From Acidimicrobiia bacterium (GTDB lineage Bacteria; Actinomycetota; Acidimicrobiia; Spongiisociales; ZC4RG35), in contig JANQOU010000008.1 of assembly GCA_028285585.1 (NCBI GenBank), forward strand, positions 200,760 to 264,759: DNA of 64,000 bases, read 5' to 3'. A program made the translations under genes and the position numbers. The notes beneath the pieces are model-generated. The model did not search any database, was not told where the DNA came from, and saw only the letters and a list, made by a program, of their open reading frames with translations. Of the stretch, positions 49,695-60,056 are shown piece by piece. The stretch's first letter is position 1, and each line of letters starts with the position of its first letter.

Positions 49695-50528
49695 ATGAGC
49701 CAACTCTCCGATCGTCACCAACACTTCTGGGATCTTCATCAGGCAGGTTGCTTCGTCATCCCCAACCCTTGGGACGCCGGCAGCGCACGTCTCATGGCGG
49801 CAACCGGAGCCCAGGCACTCGCCACAACGAGCGCCGGTTTCGCCTTCACCTTGGGGCGGCCGGATATGGGGCATGTGACGAGAGACGAGGCTCTCGATCA
49901 CGCCGCAGCGATTGTGGCCGCCACACCGCTCCCAGTGAGCGGCGACTTCGAGAACGGCTTCGCCGACGAGCCCGAAGCCGTTGCAGAAACGGTGCGACTT
50001 GCGCGCGAAGCAGGATTGTCCGGATGCTCCATCGAAGACACACAGATGACGGAGTCCAACCCGGCCTACGACTTCGACTTGGCGGTTGATCGAATCGCCG
50101 CGGCAGTTGAAGCAGCGCGGTCCCTCAACGACCCTTTTGTCCTTTGCGCCCGCGCCGACGGTGTGATCAACGGGAGCTACGACATGGAGGAGGCAATCGA
50201 GCGCATCGCCGCTTTCGACCGCGCCGGAGCAGACCTCATCTATGTGCCGCTGGTACCCGACGTCGCGGCCCTCGAGCGAGTGCTGGCCGCCGTCTCCAAA
50301 CCCGTGAACGCTCTCGCCGGCGGAGCCTTGGCCCAGCTTTCGGTCGAAGAGTTGGCAGCGCTGGGCACGCGACGGATCTCAGTGGGCTCTTTGATCGCCA
50401 GGATGACGCATGCAGCAACTCTTCGCGCCATACGCGCAATCGTCGACGACGGGGACTTCGGCGTTTTCGCTGAAGCGTCCGGAGGACTTGGCATCGACCG
50501 TCTGTTGGAGCAGGGCGCCGGCGCCTGA
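49695..50528 (+). CDS. isocitrate lyase/PEP mutase family protein
   Basis: PNPWDAGSA, ATTSAG, SGDFENGF, GCSIED, CARAD. Confidence 0.88.
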   Translation: MSQLSDRHQHFWDLHQAGCFVIPNPWDAGSARLMAATGAQALATTSAGFAFTLGRPDMGHVTRDEALDHAAAIVAATPLPVSGDFENGFADEPEAVAETVRLAREAGLSGCSIEDTQMTESNPAYDFDLAVDRIAAAVEAARSLNDPFVLCARADGVINGSYDMEEAIERIAAFDRAGADLIYVPLVPDVAALERVLAAVSKPVNALAGGALAQLSVEELAALGTRRISVGSLIARMTHAATLRAIRAIVDDGDFGVFAEASGGLGIDRLLEQGAGA

Positions 50529-50640
50529 CCAGGTTTCGCCTGAGATAAAGCGGGCCGTTCTTGCCCTTCTGGTGGGAAGGCCCACTGCCCGGCCGTAGTT
50601 AATCTCAAAGAAGATAAAACTTGAAGACGAAAGGCCTGAA

Positions 50641-53301
50641 ATGAGACATGACCCTTTCGGCGCTCGCTCCGGCCTCGACACCCCGCTCGGAACACGCGAG
50701 ATCGCCCGCCTCGATTCACTTGAAGGCGTAGAGGAACTGCCCTACTCGATCAAGGTGCTTCTTGAGTCTGCGCTGCGCAACCTCGACGGAGTCTCGATCA
50801 CCGAAGACGACGTGCGTCGCATCGCCGCGTACGACGCTCGCAACGTCGAGCAGAGTGAGATCCCGTTCGTGCCTGGCCGGGTGGTCCTTCAGGACTTCAC
50901 CGGCGTCCCGGCGGTCGTCGATCTCGCTGCCATGCGCGAAGCCATCGTCCGGATGACCGGCGACGAAGGCGCAGCCCAGAGGGTCAATCCCCTGATCCCG
51001 GCCGACCTGGTGATCGACCACTCGGTGCAGGTCGATGCCTTCGCGAGACCGGATGCGCTGATCATCAACTCGAACAAGGAGTTCGAGCGCAACCAGGAGC
51101 GATACGAGTTCTTGAAGTGGGGCCAGTCGGCCTTCGCCAACTTCAGGGTTGTCCCGCCCGCCACGGGCATAGTCCACCAAGTCAACCTGGAGTACTTGGC
51201 GAAGGTGGTCTGGGACGACGGCGACACCCTTTATCCCGACAGCCTGGTGGGCACGGACTCGCACACCACCATGATCAACGGCCTTGGCGTCGTCGGCTGG
51301 GGCGTGGGAGGCATCGAAGCCGAGGCCGCGATGGTCGGCCAGCCCATCTACATGCTTCTGCCTGAGGTTGTCGGGTTCCGGCTGACCGGCAGGCTGGCGG
51401 AGGGAGCGACCGCAACCGACCTCGTCCTCAGAGTCACTGAGATGCTCCGAAACCACGGCGTGGTCGGCAAATTCGTTGAGTTCCACGGCCCCGGGCTAGA
51501 CGAGATGCCACTGGCCAATCGAGCCACCATCGCCAACATGGCCCCAGAGTACGGAGCGACGGTTGGCTTCTTCCCCGTCGACGACCAGACCTTGACCTAC
51601 ATGCGCCTCACCGGGCGCGACGACAAGCTGATCGACACCGTCGAGGCCTACTACAAGACACAGGGGATGTGGCGGGAGAACAACCGCAGCATCAACTACA
51701 GCGCCGATCTGGAGCTCGACATGGGAACCGTTCAGCCTGCTCTCGCCGGGCCGAAACGACCCCAGGATCGGATCGATCTCTCGTCGATGAAGTCTCAGTG
51801 GTCCTCCGACCTCAGCGGGGAGTTCGGCAGGAAAGAGGATTCAGCCGTCGCTTCGGTCAGCTACGAAGGGGAGACGTTCGACCTCACCGATGGTGACGTG
51901 GTGATCGCCGCAATCACCTCCTGCACCAACACCTCCAACCCGGATGTCATGGTCGGTGCCGGCCTGGTCGCCCGAAAGGCGCGCGAGCTGGGCTTGGACC
52001 GCAAGCCGTGGGTGAAGACCTCCTTGGCTCCCGGTTCCAAGGTCGTGACCGAGTACCTGACCGAGTCGGGCTTGCTCAAGGACTTGGAGGCCCTTGGCTT
52101 CGGAGTTGTCGGATACGGGTGCACAACCTGCATCGGGAACTCGGGGCCACTCCCCGAGCCGATCTCGGAGGGGATCAACCAACACGAGCTGGTCGCTGCA
52201 TCGGTGCTGTCGGGAAACCGGAACTTCGAGGGGCGCATCAGCCCGGACGTGCGCGCCAACTATCTCGCCTCCCCTCCCCTGGTTGTTGCCTATGCCCTGG
52301 CAGGCACGGTCGATTGGGATCCGGTGAACGAGCCGATCGGGGTCGACTCGTCCGGCAACGAGATCTTCCTCCGTGACATCTGGCCGACCGAAGCCGAGAT
52401 CGCCGATCTGGTTGGAGAGAGCGTTCACAAGTCGCAGTTCGTCGACAAGTACGGAGACGTGTTCACCGGGTCCGACGAGTGGCGTGCCATCTCGACCAGC
52501 GAGTCCGACCTCTACACGTGGGATCCGGGGTCGACCTACGTACAGGAGCCGCCGTTCTTCACCGAGCTGACCCGCGAGGTGAGCCCGATCCAGCCAATCT
52601 CGGGAGCCCGAGTCCTTGCCATGCTTGGTGACTCGGTGACCACCGACCACATCAGCCCGGCCGGGTCGATCGCCACTGCGTCCCCGGCGGGGGAATACCT
52701 GATATCGCAAGGCGTGCAGCCCGCGATGTTCAACTCCTACGGATCACGGCGCGGCAACGACCGGGTGATGACCCGCGGCACCTTCGCCAACATAAGAGTC
52801 AGGAACAAGCTGGCTCCCGGGGCCGAAGGGGGGTGGACGACCGACCTCCTCGACGGCGAGGTGAAGTCGATCTACGAGGCCGCCTTGCACTACAAGGACG
52901 CAGGCGTCCCACTCGTCGTGCTCGGTGGCATCGACTACGGGATGGGCAGCTCTCGTGACTGGGCAGCCAAGGGAACCTTCCTGCTCGGGATCAAGGCCGT
53001 GATCACCAAGTCCTTCGAGAGGATCCACAGGTCCAATCTGGTGATGATGGGCGTGCTGCCTCTCAACTTCGCCGAGGGTGAAGACGCCGACAGTCTCGGG
53101 CTCGACGGGACCGAGGTGTTCGACATCGCCGTCGACGACACCCTCACCCCTCGCCAAACAGTGTCGGTGACGGCAACGAAGTCCGACGGCACCACTGTCA
53201 CCTTCGACACAGTTGCCCGAGTCGACACGCCGATCGAAGTCGAGTACCTGCGCAACGGTGGCATCCTTCACTACGTGCTCAGGGAGATGGCATCTGATTG
53301 A
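50641..53301 (+). CDS. acnA: aconitate hydratase A
   Basis: [59 protein letters not shown]. Confidence 0.97.
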   Translation: MRHDPFGARSGLDTPLGTREIARLDSLEGVEELPYSIKVLLESALRNLDGVSITEDDVRRIAAYDARNVEQSEIPFVPGRVVLQDFTGVPAVVDLAAMREAIVRMTGDEGAAQRVNPLIPADLVIDHSVQVDAFARPDALIINSNKEFERNQERYEFLKWGQSAFANFRVVPPATGIVHQVNLEYLAKVVWDDGDTLYPDSLVGTDSHTTMINGLGVVGWGVGGIEAEAAMVGQPIYMLLPEVVGFRLTGRLAEGATATDLVLRVTEMLRNHGVVGKFVEFHGPGLDEMPLANRATIANMAPEYGATVGFFPVDDQTLTYMRLTGRDDKLIDTVEAYYKTQGMWRENNRSINYSADLELDMGTVQPALAGPKRPQDRIDLSSMKSQWSSDLSGEFGRKEDSAVASVSYEGETFDLTDGDVVIAAITSCTNTSNPDVMVGAGLVARKARELGLDRKPWVKTSLAPGSKVVTEYLTESGLLKDLEALGFGVVGYGCTTCIGNSGPLPEPISEGINQHELVAASVLSGNRNFEGRISPDVRANYLASPPLVVAYALAGTVDWDPVNEPIGVDSSGNEIFLRDIWPTEAEIADLVGESVHKSQFVDKYGDVFTGSDEWRAISTSESDLYTWDPGSTYVQEPPFFTELTREVSPIQPISGARVLAMLGDSVTTDHISPAGSIATASPAGEYLISQGVQPAMFNSYGSRRGNDRVMTRGTFANIRVRNKLAPGAEGGWTTDLLDGEVKSIYEAALHYKDAGVPLVVLGGIDYGMGSSRDWAAKGTFLLGIKAVITKSFERIHRSNLVMMGVLPLNFAEGEDADSLGLDGTEVFDIAVDDTLTPRQTVSVTATKSDGTTVTFDTVARVDTPIEVEYLRNGGILHYVLREMASD

Positions 53302-53821
53302 CCAGGACCCGGCGCCGGGCCCTCTGCCCCGGCCCAGCCTCAGGCTCACCGGAGTCTTCGCCGCCGTAGTCGCCATCGGGCTCATCGTCGGATGGGTGGT
53401 CAACTCGGACGACATTGCAGTAGCCGAGGTGGGCAGTCCGGCTCCGGACTTCACCGTGCCCCTGATCGGAGGCGGGACCTTCACCCTGTCCGAGCAATCC
53501 GGGATCGTCGTGATCAACGAGTGGGCCTCGTGGTGCACACCATGCCGGAAGGAGATACCCGAGATATCGGCGTTTGCCGACGCCAACCCCGATGTCGTGG
53601 TGATCGGTGTCGCCGTGGAAGACACAGCCGAAGCTGCCACTGCTTTCGCCGGCGAGGTCGGTGCCACTTACCAATTGGCAATCGGCGATACCGCCTTCGA
53701 GCGCAGCTACCCGCGGTTCGGGCTGCCGGTCACATACGTGGTCGACGCCAACGGGGTGGTGGTCAAGCTGTTCAACGGGCTGATCACCAAACAAAAACTG
53801 GAGGAACTGGTCTCGAGCTAA
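53294..53821 (+). CDS. TlpA/ResA-like thioredoxin (start uncertain)
   Basis: N-terminal [29 protein letters not shown]. Confidence 0.85.
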   Translation: MIDQDPAPGPLPRPSLRLTGVFAAVVAIGLIVGWVVNSDDIAVAEVGSPAPDFTVPLIGGGTFTLSEQSGIVVINEWASWCTPCRKEIPEISAFADANPDVVVIGVAVEDTAEAATAFAGEVGATYQLAIGDTAFERSYPRFGLPVTYVVDANGVVVKLFNGLITKQKLEELVSS

Positions 53822-54537
53822 GTGGCAGAAGGGCCGAACTTCTTCTCGTGAAGCTGAGCGAACTCGAAGTTCGGTCCCGAGACCATCTCCGCCCACACCA
53901 CCAGCCGCTCACGCGCCGAGAACTTGGGATGGCACGTGGTCAAGGTCATCCAGCCGCCGGCCCTCGCCGCGGTGACCCACACATCGGTGGGTGCCACGAT
54001 CCTCATCTCCCGCACCACGTACCGGTGGACTCCTACGGCTGACTCGACCTCCATCACATCCCCGACCTCGAGAAGGTCGAAGTCGAAAAAGGGCCGCCCG
54101 TGAGTGGTGCGATGACCTGACAGGACCGAGTTACCGGGCTGCCCGGGTAGAGGGGTTCCCTCCATGTGCCCGGGACCGCTCTTCAGGGTCTCCAGATCGA
54201 CTCCGGCAAAAACCACCTCGTCCACGCCGATCTTCGGGATCCTGAGAAAGGCAAACGCAGTGCCGTGCTCCGGCACATCCTCCGGGTAGTACTGGACTAC
54301 GCCAGGAGTCCCCGGAAGATCAGCATCGCCACCAATGAACTCCTCGGGATCGATCGTCTCCACGGTGGGCGACTCGGATTGCGATCCCTCGAGCTCGTGC
54401 TGGAGCTCCTCAGCGGCTGCCTCTTGAACACCGGCGTTGATCAGATCAGTGACGAAGAGCTGATAGCCAAGGTATCCAAAGATGAACACCCCGCTCCAAA
54501 TCAGCGTCCAGCCGAGAACCTGAACATTGCGACGCAT
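53818..54537 (-). CDS. sortase (class E/D-like)
   Basis: N-terminal TM, LRIPKIG, GPGH, SGHRTTHG, TLTTCHP...ERL (His/Cys/Arg triad). Confidence 0.92.
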   Translation of the reverse strand: MRRNVQVLGWTLIWSGVFIFGYLGYQLFVTDLINAGVQEAAAEELQHELEGSQSESPTVETIDPEEFIGGDADLPGTPGVVQYYPEDVPEHGTAFAFLRIPKIGVDEVVFAGVDLETLKSGPGHMEGTPLPGQPGNSVLSGHRTTHGRPFFDFDLLEVGDVMEVESAVGVHRYVVREMRIVAPTDVWVTAARAGGWMTLTTCHPKFSARERLVVWAEMVSGPNFEFAQLHEKKFGPSAT

Positions 54538-54662
54538 CCGGGAAGGCTAAAACGAGTGGCGAGCTAGACCGGGCTTGGCTCAGTCACGACTTGAGTTTCG
54601 TTCTAAGAAAGCCCGGGACTCGCCAACTGGCTATCCGACCTATTGTTCAAATAGACGAAAGA

Positions 54663-55184
54663 ATGTCAACGTCCCGAATTGAGCAACCGCTGGCACGACC
54701 AGTTCTGTTGGCCGTACTCGCGGTTGCCACCGCCCTCGGTGCCTGTGCTATCGGCCGCACCGAACAGCCTGAATTCGGGCCCAACGAGAGCATCCTGGAT
54801 TGTTCAGCTGGGGTAAGTCGCGAGACGAGCCTGCCCGAGAACTACACCGAGGTTCTCGGCGCTGTGGGGCTGAACACGGGACTTCTATCTCTGGCCGAAG
54901 GCCCGCAATCAGAGGCGCGCTTCGCCAAATCGGGCCTATACGTGAGGGCAGGTGAGTGGTTCCGACTTTCAGTCGCACCGCCACACGACGACTCGGCTGC
55001 ACTTCTTTGGGGTGCAGAACACGGCCAAGCATCGACATTCGCCGGCGAACCCTGCGGCTCGGGTTCGGAATGGATCGTCTTCACCGGCGGCTACATCGTC
55101 GAGGAACCGTCATGTCTGACCATAAACATTGAGGGCGCCCGTGGTGAAGAAGAAGTCTCAGTCGGAATCGGAGTCGGTTGTTAG
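54663..55184 (+). CDS. hypothetical lipoprotein
   Basis: Lipobox LGAC; FAKSGLYV, several Cys, ends GIGVGC. Confidence 0.6.
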   Translation: MSTSRIEQPLARPVLLAVLAVATALGACAIGRTEQPEFGPNESILDCSAGVSRETSLPENYTEVLGAVGLNTGLLSLAEGPQSEARFAKSGLYVRAGEWFRLSVAPPHDDSAALLWGAEHGQASTFAGEPCGSGSEWIVFTGGYIVEEPSCLTINIEGARGEEEVSVGIGVGC

Positions 55185-55410
55185 AAGTCGGCCTGGGGTG
55201 GAGCCTTGGCCAACACTGCCAACACCAAGGTCGCTCATGGTTCGAGGCGGCGATCAGTGACAACAAAGCTGACGAACAGATTCCGAAGAATCAAAGCATC
55301 AAGTCGAACCCCTGTGTCCCGCCAGGAATGCTCCGCAATTGCCTTACGCGCATACAGAACCGTCACAACGCATGGGACGCCCCCGCAGAGAGCGATCAAT
55401 CAGCCGTGAC

Positions 55411-56181
55411 TCAGCCACCCGTCCAGTCAGGATCACGCTTCTCCAGGAAGGCGGCTACACCCTCCTTGGCGTCCTCCGTGAGAGTGATCTCGGTGAGCCC
55501 GCCTTGGAGCCGGTCCAGAGCCGTGTCGAGATCGAGCCCAGCCATCCCATAAAAGGAGTCCTTGCCGAGCATCAAAGTGGCCGGACTCATTGCCAACAAC
55601 GCACTCACAAGTTCGTCGACCTCGTCATCGAGATCCTCCCTGGCCACCACACGACTCACCGCACCGAGCCGCTGCGCCTCGTGCGGGTCAATGATCCGCC
55701 CGGTCAGCATCAACTCGAGAGCCGCCTTCTTCGGCATCGCCCGAACGAGGATCGCCGAGATCATCATCGGCCACAGCCCCACGTTCACCTCGGTGGTGCC
55801 CAACTTGGCGTCATCGACACAGATCGTCACGTCACATGCGACGGCCAGGCCGAACCCGCCGGCAAGGGCGTGCCCATTGACACGAGCCACCGTCGGCTTT
55901 CCGGCACGCATCATCAGCCGGAACAGGTCGGCTAGATGACCACGCTCCCGATGCAAGCCGACCGGGTCGTCGGCGAACGAGCCGGACAAGTCTCCACCAG
56001 CGCTGAATACGCGATCGCCGGCACCCGTGTAGACGATCACACCAACGTCGTCGTCGGCCACGGCCGCTTTCGTTGCATCGAGCAGGCCAGACATCGTCTC
56101 CACCGACATCGGATTGCGCCGCTCCGGGTCATCGATCGTGATCATGGCCCTGCGGTCGGACACCTCATATCTGACACTCAT
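55411..56181 (-). CDS. enoyl-CoA hydratase/isomerase family
   Basis: FSAGGDL, VNGHALAGG, GTTEVNVGL, EGVAAFLEKR. Confidence 0.92.
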   Translation of the reverse strand: MSVRYEVSDRRAMITIDDPERRNPMSVETMSGLLDATKAAVADDDVGVIVYTGAGDRVFSAGGDLSGSFADDPVGLHRERGHLADLFRLMMRAGKPTVARVNGHALAGGFGLAVACDVTICVDDAKLGTTEVNVGLWPMMISAILVRAMPKKAALELMLTGRIIDPHEAQRLGAVSRVVAREDLDDEVDELVSALLAMSPATLMLGKDSFYGMAGLDLDTALDRLQGGLTEITLTEDAKEGVAAFLEKRDPDWTGG

Positions 56182-56224
56182 GTCCGTCTTCTTGGCCTTT
56201 CAGCTCTGATACATTCGCCACCCC

Positions 56225-56812
56225 ATGCTATGGCTGGCAATCGTCCTCTTCCTTGCTCTCGCCATAGCGATGCTCCGCGGCGGGCGGTTGGTCAACCTCG
56301 GGGACATTGAGCTTCGCGCCTGGTGGCTCCTTTTCATTGCCTTCGGCCTGCAGGCGGCCACCGGGTTCCTGTCCGAGGACGCCGAGACTCTTGGCCTCGT
56401 TTTGGTGCTCACGTCTTTCGTGCTGTTGATGGTGTTGGTCACGCTGAATCGAGCGAAACCGGGGATGTGGATTGCCGGTCTCGGTGTGTTGATGAATTTC
56501 ACCGTGATCGCACTGAATGGCGGGATGCCGGTGCTCGCCGGGGCTGCCGAAGTCGCCAGCGCATTCACGGTCACCGACCCTGATCTGTCGGGAAGCTTCA
56601 AACATGTGCTCCTCGACGAGAGCTCACGTCTCACCTTCTTCGCCGACGTGATCCCTCTGCGGCTTGCCGGCATCGGCGAGGTGATCAGCATCGGGGACAT
56701 CTTCCTAGCCGTGGGGCTGGGGGCGTTCCTCGAGTACGAGCTGCGTCGGCCCCGTCGCTACTTCAAGCGAGGCGCCCGAGCCCAACCCGGTTCGGCGAAC
56801 AGGCCGAACTAG
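56225..56812 (+). CDS. DUF5317 family membrane protein
   Basis: RGGRL, GVLMNFTVIALNGGMPV, KH, LTFFADVIP, ISIGDIFL pattern recalled for DUF5317. Confidence 0.8.
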   Translation: MLWLAIVLFLALAIAMLRGGRLVNLGDIELRAWWLLFIAFGLQAATGFLSEDAETLGLVLVLTSFVLLMVLVTLNRAKPGMWIAGLGVLMNFTVIALNGGMPVLAGAAEVASAFTVTDPDLSGSFKHVLLDESSRLTFFADVIPLRLAGIGEVISIGDIFLAVGLGAFLEYELRRPRRYFKRGARAQPGSANRPN

Positions 56813-56939
56813 CAACAACCCACCTGTGTGCGCGGAGTTTGCGAAGCAAACTCAAGGCTGCCGAGCCCCCGAGGCAGCCAGGTTCAGCAAATAGGCCCGG
56901 CTAACAACAACCCACGGCTGCCGAACCGGTCGAGACAGG

Positions 56940-58184
56940 CTAAGCGCGGACCGGCATCAGCACGCCCCGCCCCTCGAGCAAGCGGCGCAACGAGGCGACG
57001 ACCTCGGGGTCGTAGTCGTAAGCGGCTCCGGCGTGGAGAGCCTCCAATGCCTGGAGTGGCGACAGTGACTCCTGATGGACCTTCCAGTCGTAGGCCGCGG
57101 CAACTTTGATGATCCGGGAGATGATCGAGATGTCGGGGTCGTCCTGCTCCCCCGGCTTCCGGAATGGGTCGTATTGATGACGGACGTCGTCGGCCACCCG
57201 CTCCAGATACGGCGACTCGGCGATGATCTCGGCGCTCCAACGTGCGATGTCGTCGTCGGTGTAGCCCATGCGGATGATGTTCGGCTCGTTGAGGCTGACC
57301 CGCCCGATGTCGTGCATCAGGCCGGCGTACTCGACATCTTCGACTTGTGAAGGCCCGAGCCCCATCTCCTTGGCTATCGAGGCGGCGATGGACGTGGTCC
57401 GGTCGGCGTGACCGTCGATTGCAAGGCCAGAGACCTCTGGGATCCGCGCCAATGCCCTGATGGTCTGCTTGTAGGTGACCTTCGTCTCCTGGAAGCGTTT
57501 GAAGGCCGAATGGGCGAATGAGTACGGCAGCAGGGCGATGGGAGCGGCCCACCAGCCGATCTCGATGAACAACTCCCCGAACAAAGCGCCGGTGAGCACC
57601 AGGCCCATGAACACGTTGAGGTCGTGGAGGATCGCCCGGGCCAGGTAATTCCGCGACAACTCGCGGGGCCCGAGGATGAGCAGCGCACGCAGAACCACCT
57701 CGACGATGAGCCAGGCCACGAGAGCGACAGCGAAGGGAAGAAGGTCCTCCCACCCACCGGACAGATCGGAGAACACGCCGACTCGCATCGCCGAGTAGAC
57801 CAACCCGTAGGCGACATACCCGCCAAACCGCCTGGTCAGCGTAGGAAGAAGCACGTCGTGCTCCTCACCCCTCGAGAAGCGGAGGACCCACACCGCCGAG
57901 AGGCCTAGCCCGTAGGCGCACAGCGTCCCTGCGGTGTCGACGCCGTCGACACCCGAGAACACAAAGGGAATGGCAGCGGCCACCGCGAGGCCGGTAGTGA
58001 ACCGGTTGCCGGAGTTGGAGGTGGCGACATCTATCAACGAGGCAATCGCCAGCCCTGCGGCCGCTACCAACAGGGCGAAAGCGGTAGTCGATGCCCTGGT
58101 CGCGGCGTATACGCCGAGCACGGCCGTGACGATCGGGAACAGCCACGAAGTGGCGGTGACGATGCGAGGGTTCCAGCTAGCCAC
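56940..58184 (-). CDS. membrane protein with degenerate HD-GYP domain
   Basis: Multi-TM N-terminus; GHADR, MHDIGR retained; HHExxDGxGYP and the downstream AD Asp missing (RHQYDPFRKP, KVAAAYD). Confidence 0.82.
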   Translation of the reverse strand: MASWNPRIVTATSWLFPIVTAVLGVYAATRASTTAFALLVAAAGLAIASLIDVATSNSGNRFTTGLAVAAAIPFVFSGVDGVDTAGTLCAYGLGLSAVWVLRFSRGEEHDVLLPTLTRRFGGYVAYGLVYSAMRVGVFSDLSGGWEDLLPFAVALVAWLIVEVVLRALLILGPRELSRNYLARAILHDLNVFMGLVLTGALFGELFIEIGWWAAPIALLPYSFAHSAFKRFQETKVTYKQTIRALARIPEVSGLAIDGHADRTTSIAASIAKEMGLGPSQVEDVEYAGLMHDIGRVSLNEPNIIRMGYTDDDIARWSAEIIAESPYLERVADDVRHQYDPFRKPGEQDDPDISIISRIIKVAAAYDWKVHQESLSPLQALEALHAGAAYDYDPEVVASLRRLLEGRGVLMPVRA

Positions 58185-59568
58185 GGAGAGTCAGCTCCGG
58201 CTCTTCGGCAAGTCGACGAGCCATCTCCTCGTCGTTCACGTGGGGTGCTCCCCAGCGACGCCCGGTCTTGTTAAGCGCCTTCTCGAAGGCATCCACCACG
58301 TCCGGGTGGAACTGAGCGCCGGAATGCTTGCGCAGCTCGCCGAGGGCGTACTGCTGTGACAATGCCATCCGGTACGACCGTGCCGAGGTCATGGCGTCGA
58401 AGGCGTCTGCCACCGCGACAATGCATGCCTCGAGGCTCGGAGTCTGGCCCTCGGTGTGGCCACGGCCGCCATAGCCGTTGCCGTCATAGTGACTGTGGTG
58501 GCCCGAGGCGATGTCGACCATCGGCTGGAGGAAGTCGACCTCCGCCAGGATCTCTTCGACGAGATGAGCGTGCGCCTTCATCTCGGCGTACTCGTTGTCG
58601 TCGAGACGGCCCTTCTTCCGGATCAACTCGGTGGGAACGGCGAGCTTGCCGAGATCGTGGATGAGCGCGGCCCACTTGACGGTCTCCTGCTGGGTGCCGG
58701 TGAACCCAAGCTCCTCACCGATCATCTGGGCGAAGTACGCCACCCGCTCAGTGTGGCCGCGGGTGTACATGTCCTTGGCCTCGAGGGTCTTGACGAAGCC
58801 GCGGATCGCGGAGAGGTGCGACTCCCGGAGCTGGGAGAAGGCATACAACGACATGTGGCCGATCCCGTAGACACCGACGATGAGCACCAGAACGGCGGGA
58901 CGGTCGGTGATGACATAGGCGGCACCGAGCAGGCCGCCGATGAGACCCATCAGCACCTGACCGCTGAACAGGACATTCATCTGCGACCAGGGTTGGAGGT
59001 TCTCGTTGCCGTAGACGGTCTTCACCGCCTTGCGAACCAGGATGCTGTTGATGGTCACATAGGCGAGAGCAGCGAGACTTGAAGCCACTGCTACCCGGAT
59101 CAGGTCGCGAGTCTGGAGCGAGCTGACCTGGCCGAGATTGAGATCGAGAAGAACCCCGGCCACGGTTGCAGAGAGCACCAACTGCCCGAAGTTGGCCATG
59201 GGTTGGAACCAACGTCGCTCCTTGAAATCGGCGATGACGGCGGACCCAGCGGCGGCGATCAGAGCCATGGCAAAGGTGGCATCGGAGCCCTGCTCGACAG
59301 CCGCCACCACACCGGCAGTCATGATCACCATGATCGAAGACGACTGGAACAGACGATCATTGACCTCGACGCTGAACACCTCGAGGATCACATAGAGCAC
59401 GGCAAACGGGATCCAGAGACGCCACTCGGGTGGGTCGAAGATGAAGAAGGCGGAAACGAGAGCGATCAAGCCCAGCGTGTAATAAGGGACCGCGATCCTG
59501 AGCTTTCGCTGGACCGAGGGGTGAAGACGGCCACGTCTTCGCACTGGCTTGTCAGAATTCAACGTCAT
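58177..59568 (-). CDS. membrane-bound HD-GYP cyclic-dinucleotide phosphodiesterase
   Basis: Multi-TM N-terminus; AKDMYTRGHTERV, IHDLGK, HHSHYDGNGYG, VADAFDAMTSARSYR, GAQFHP. Confidence 0.9.
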   Translation of the reverse strand: MTLNSDKPVRRRGRLHPSVQRKLRIAVPYYTLGLIALVSAFFIFDPPEWRLWIPFAVLYVILEVFSVEVNDRLFQSSSIMVIMTAGVVAAVEQGSDATFAMALIAAAGSAVIADFKERRWFQPMANFGQLVLSATVAGVLLDLNLGQVSSLQTRDLIRVAVASSLAALAYVTINSILVRKAVKTVYGNENLQPWSQMNVLFSGQVLMGLIGGLLGAAYVITDRPAVLVLIVGVYGIGHMSLYAFSQLRESHLSAIRGFVKTLEAKDMYTRGHTERVAYFAQMIGEELGFTGTQQETVKWAALIHDLGKLAVPTELIRKKGRLDDNEYAEMKAHAHLVEEILAEVDFLQPMVDIASGHHSHYDGNGYGGRGHTEGQTPSLEACIVAVADAFDAMTSARSYRMALSQQYALGELRKHSGAQFHPDVVDAFEKALNKTGRRWGAPHVNDEEMARRLAEEPELTLRG

Positions 59569-59591
59569 GGGGGACCCCGGGACGACATGTT

Positions 59592-59620
59592 GCCCTACGT
59601 ATGTGGTGAGACGGCGTCAA
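59592..59620 (-). promoter_or_regulatory. possible sigma70-type promoter for the HD-GYP pair
   Basis: Minus strand TTGACG-N17-TAGGGC directly after the micro-ORF stop. Confidence 0.35.
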
Positions 59621-59622
59621 TA

Positions 59623-59712
59623 TCAGCCGATCCTTGAACTTGCCGCGCCGGCGGCCAAAAGTGCGGCCAGGCTGGCGGCGGCAGCGAGAATGCGGACCAA
59701 ACGGACCCTCAT
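59623..59712 (-). CDS. 29-aa hydrophobic micropeptide (putative signal precursor), below the ORF-track cutoff
   Basis: MRVRLVRILAAAASLAALLAAGAASSRIG*; GAAGGTGAG upstream; alternative ATG at 59742 gives 39 aa. Confidence 0.7.
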   Translation of the reverse strand: MRVRLVRILAAAASLAALLAAGAASSRIG

Positions 59713-60056
59713 ACGACTTGCACGCTCACCTTCATGTCTCATTTCACCGACGTTGTGTGTCGGTGCAGACATTCCGCTCCGCTAGGTAGATGTGCGAACA
59801 GTTGCTTTGGACAAGGCCAAAGTCGACGCCGTTTACTCACCAATTCCCGATCAAGTCGGGAACCCTTTACATGTCAAAGGCCCCTGACTTCGCCCGCCGT
59901 ATCTGAGCATCGGCAAACGGTCAGGGAGACCGATTGCCCCACAGCCCCATTGAATTCACCTTCCAGCACTGATCAATCTAGACCTCACGCTGAGTAGTCA
60001 CAAGAGGAAACTCGGCCACGAAACGCAGTCTCCACACGCACCGCCGTTACGCTTCG

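Noticed and set aside
59905-59950. GGCAAAC-containing hairpin as a c-di-GMP-I riboswitch
   Set aside because: No GNRA tetraloop, no GACGCAAAGC-like junction or second stem; kept only as an inverted repeat
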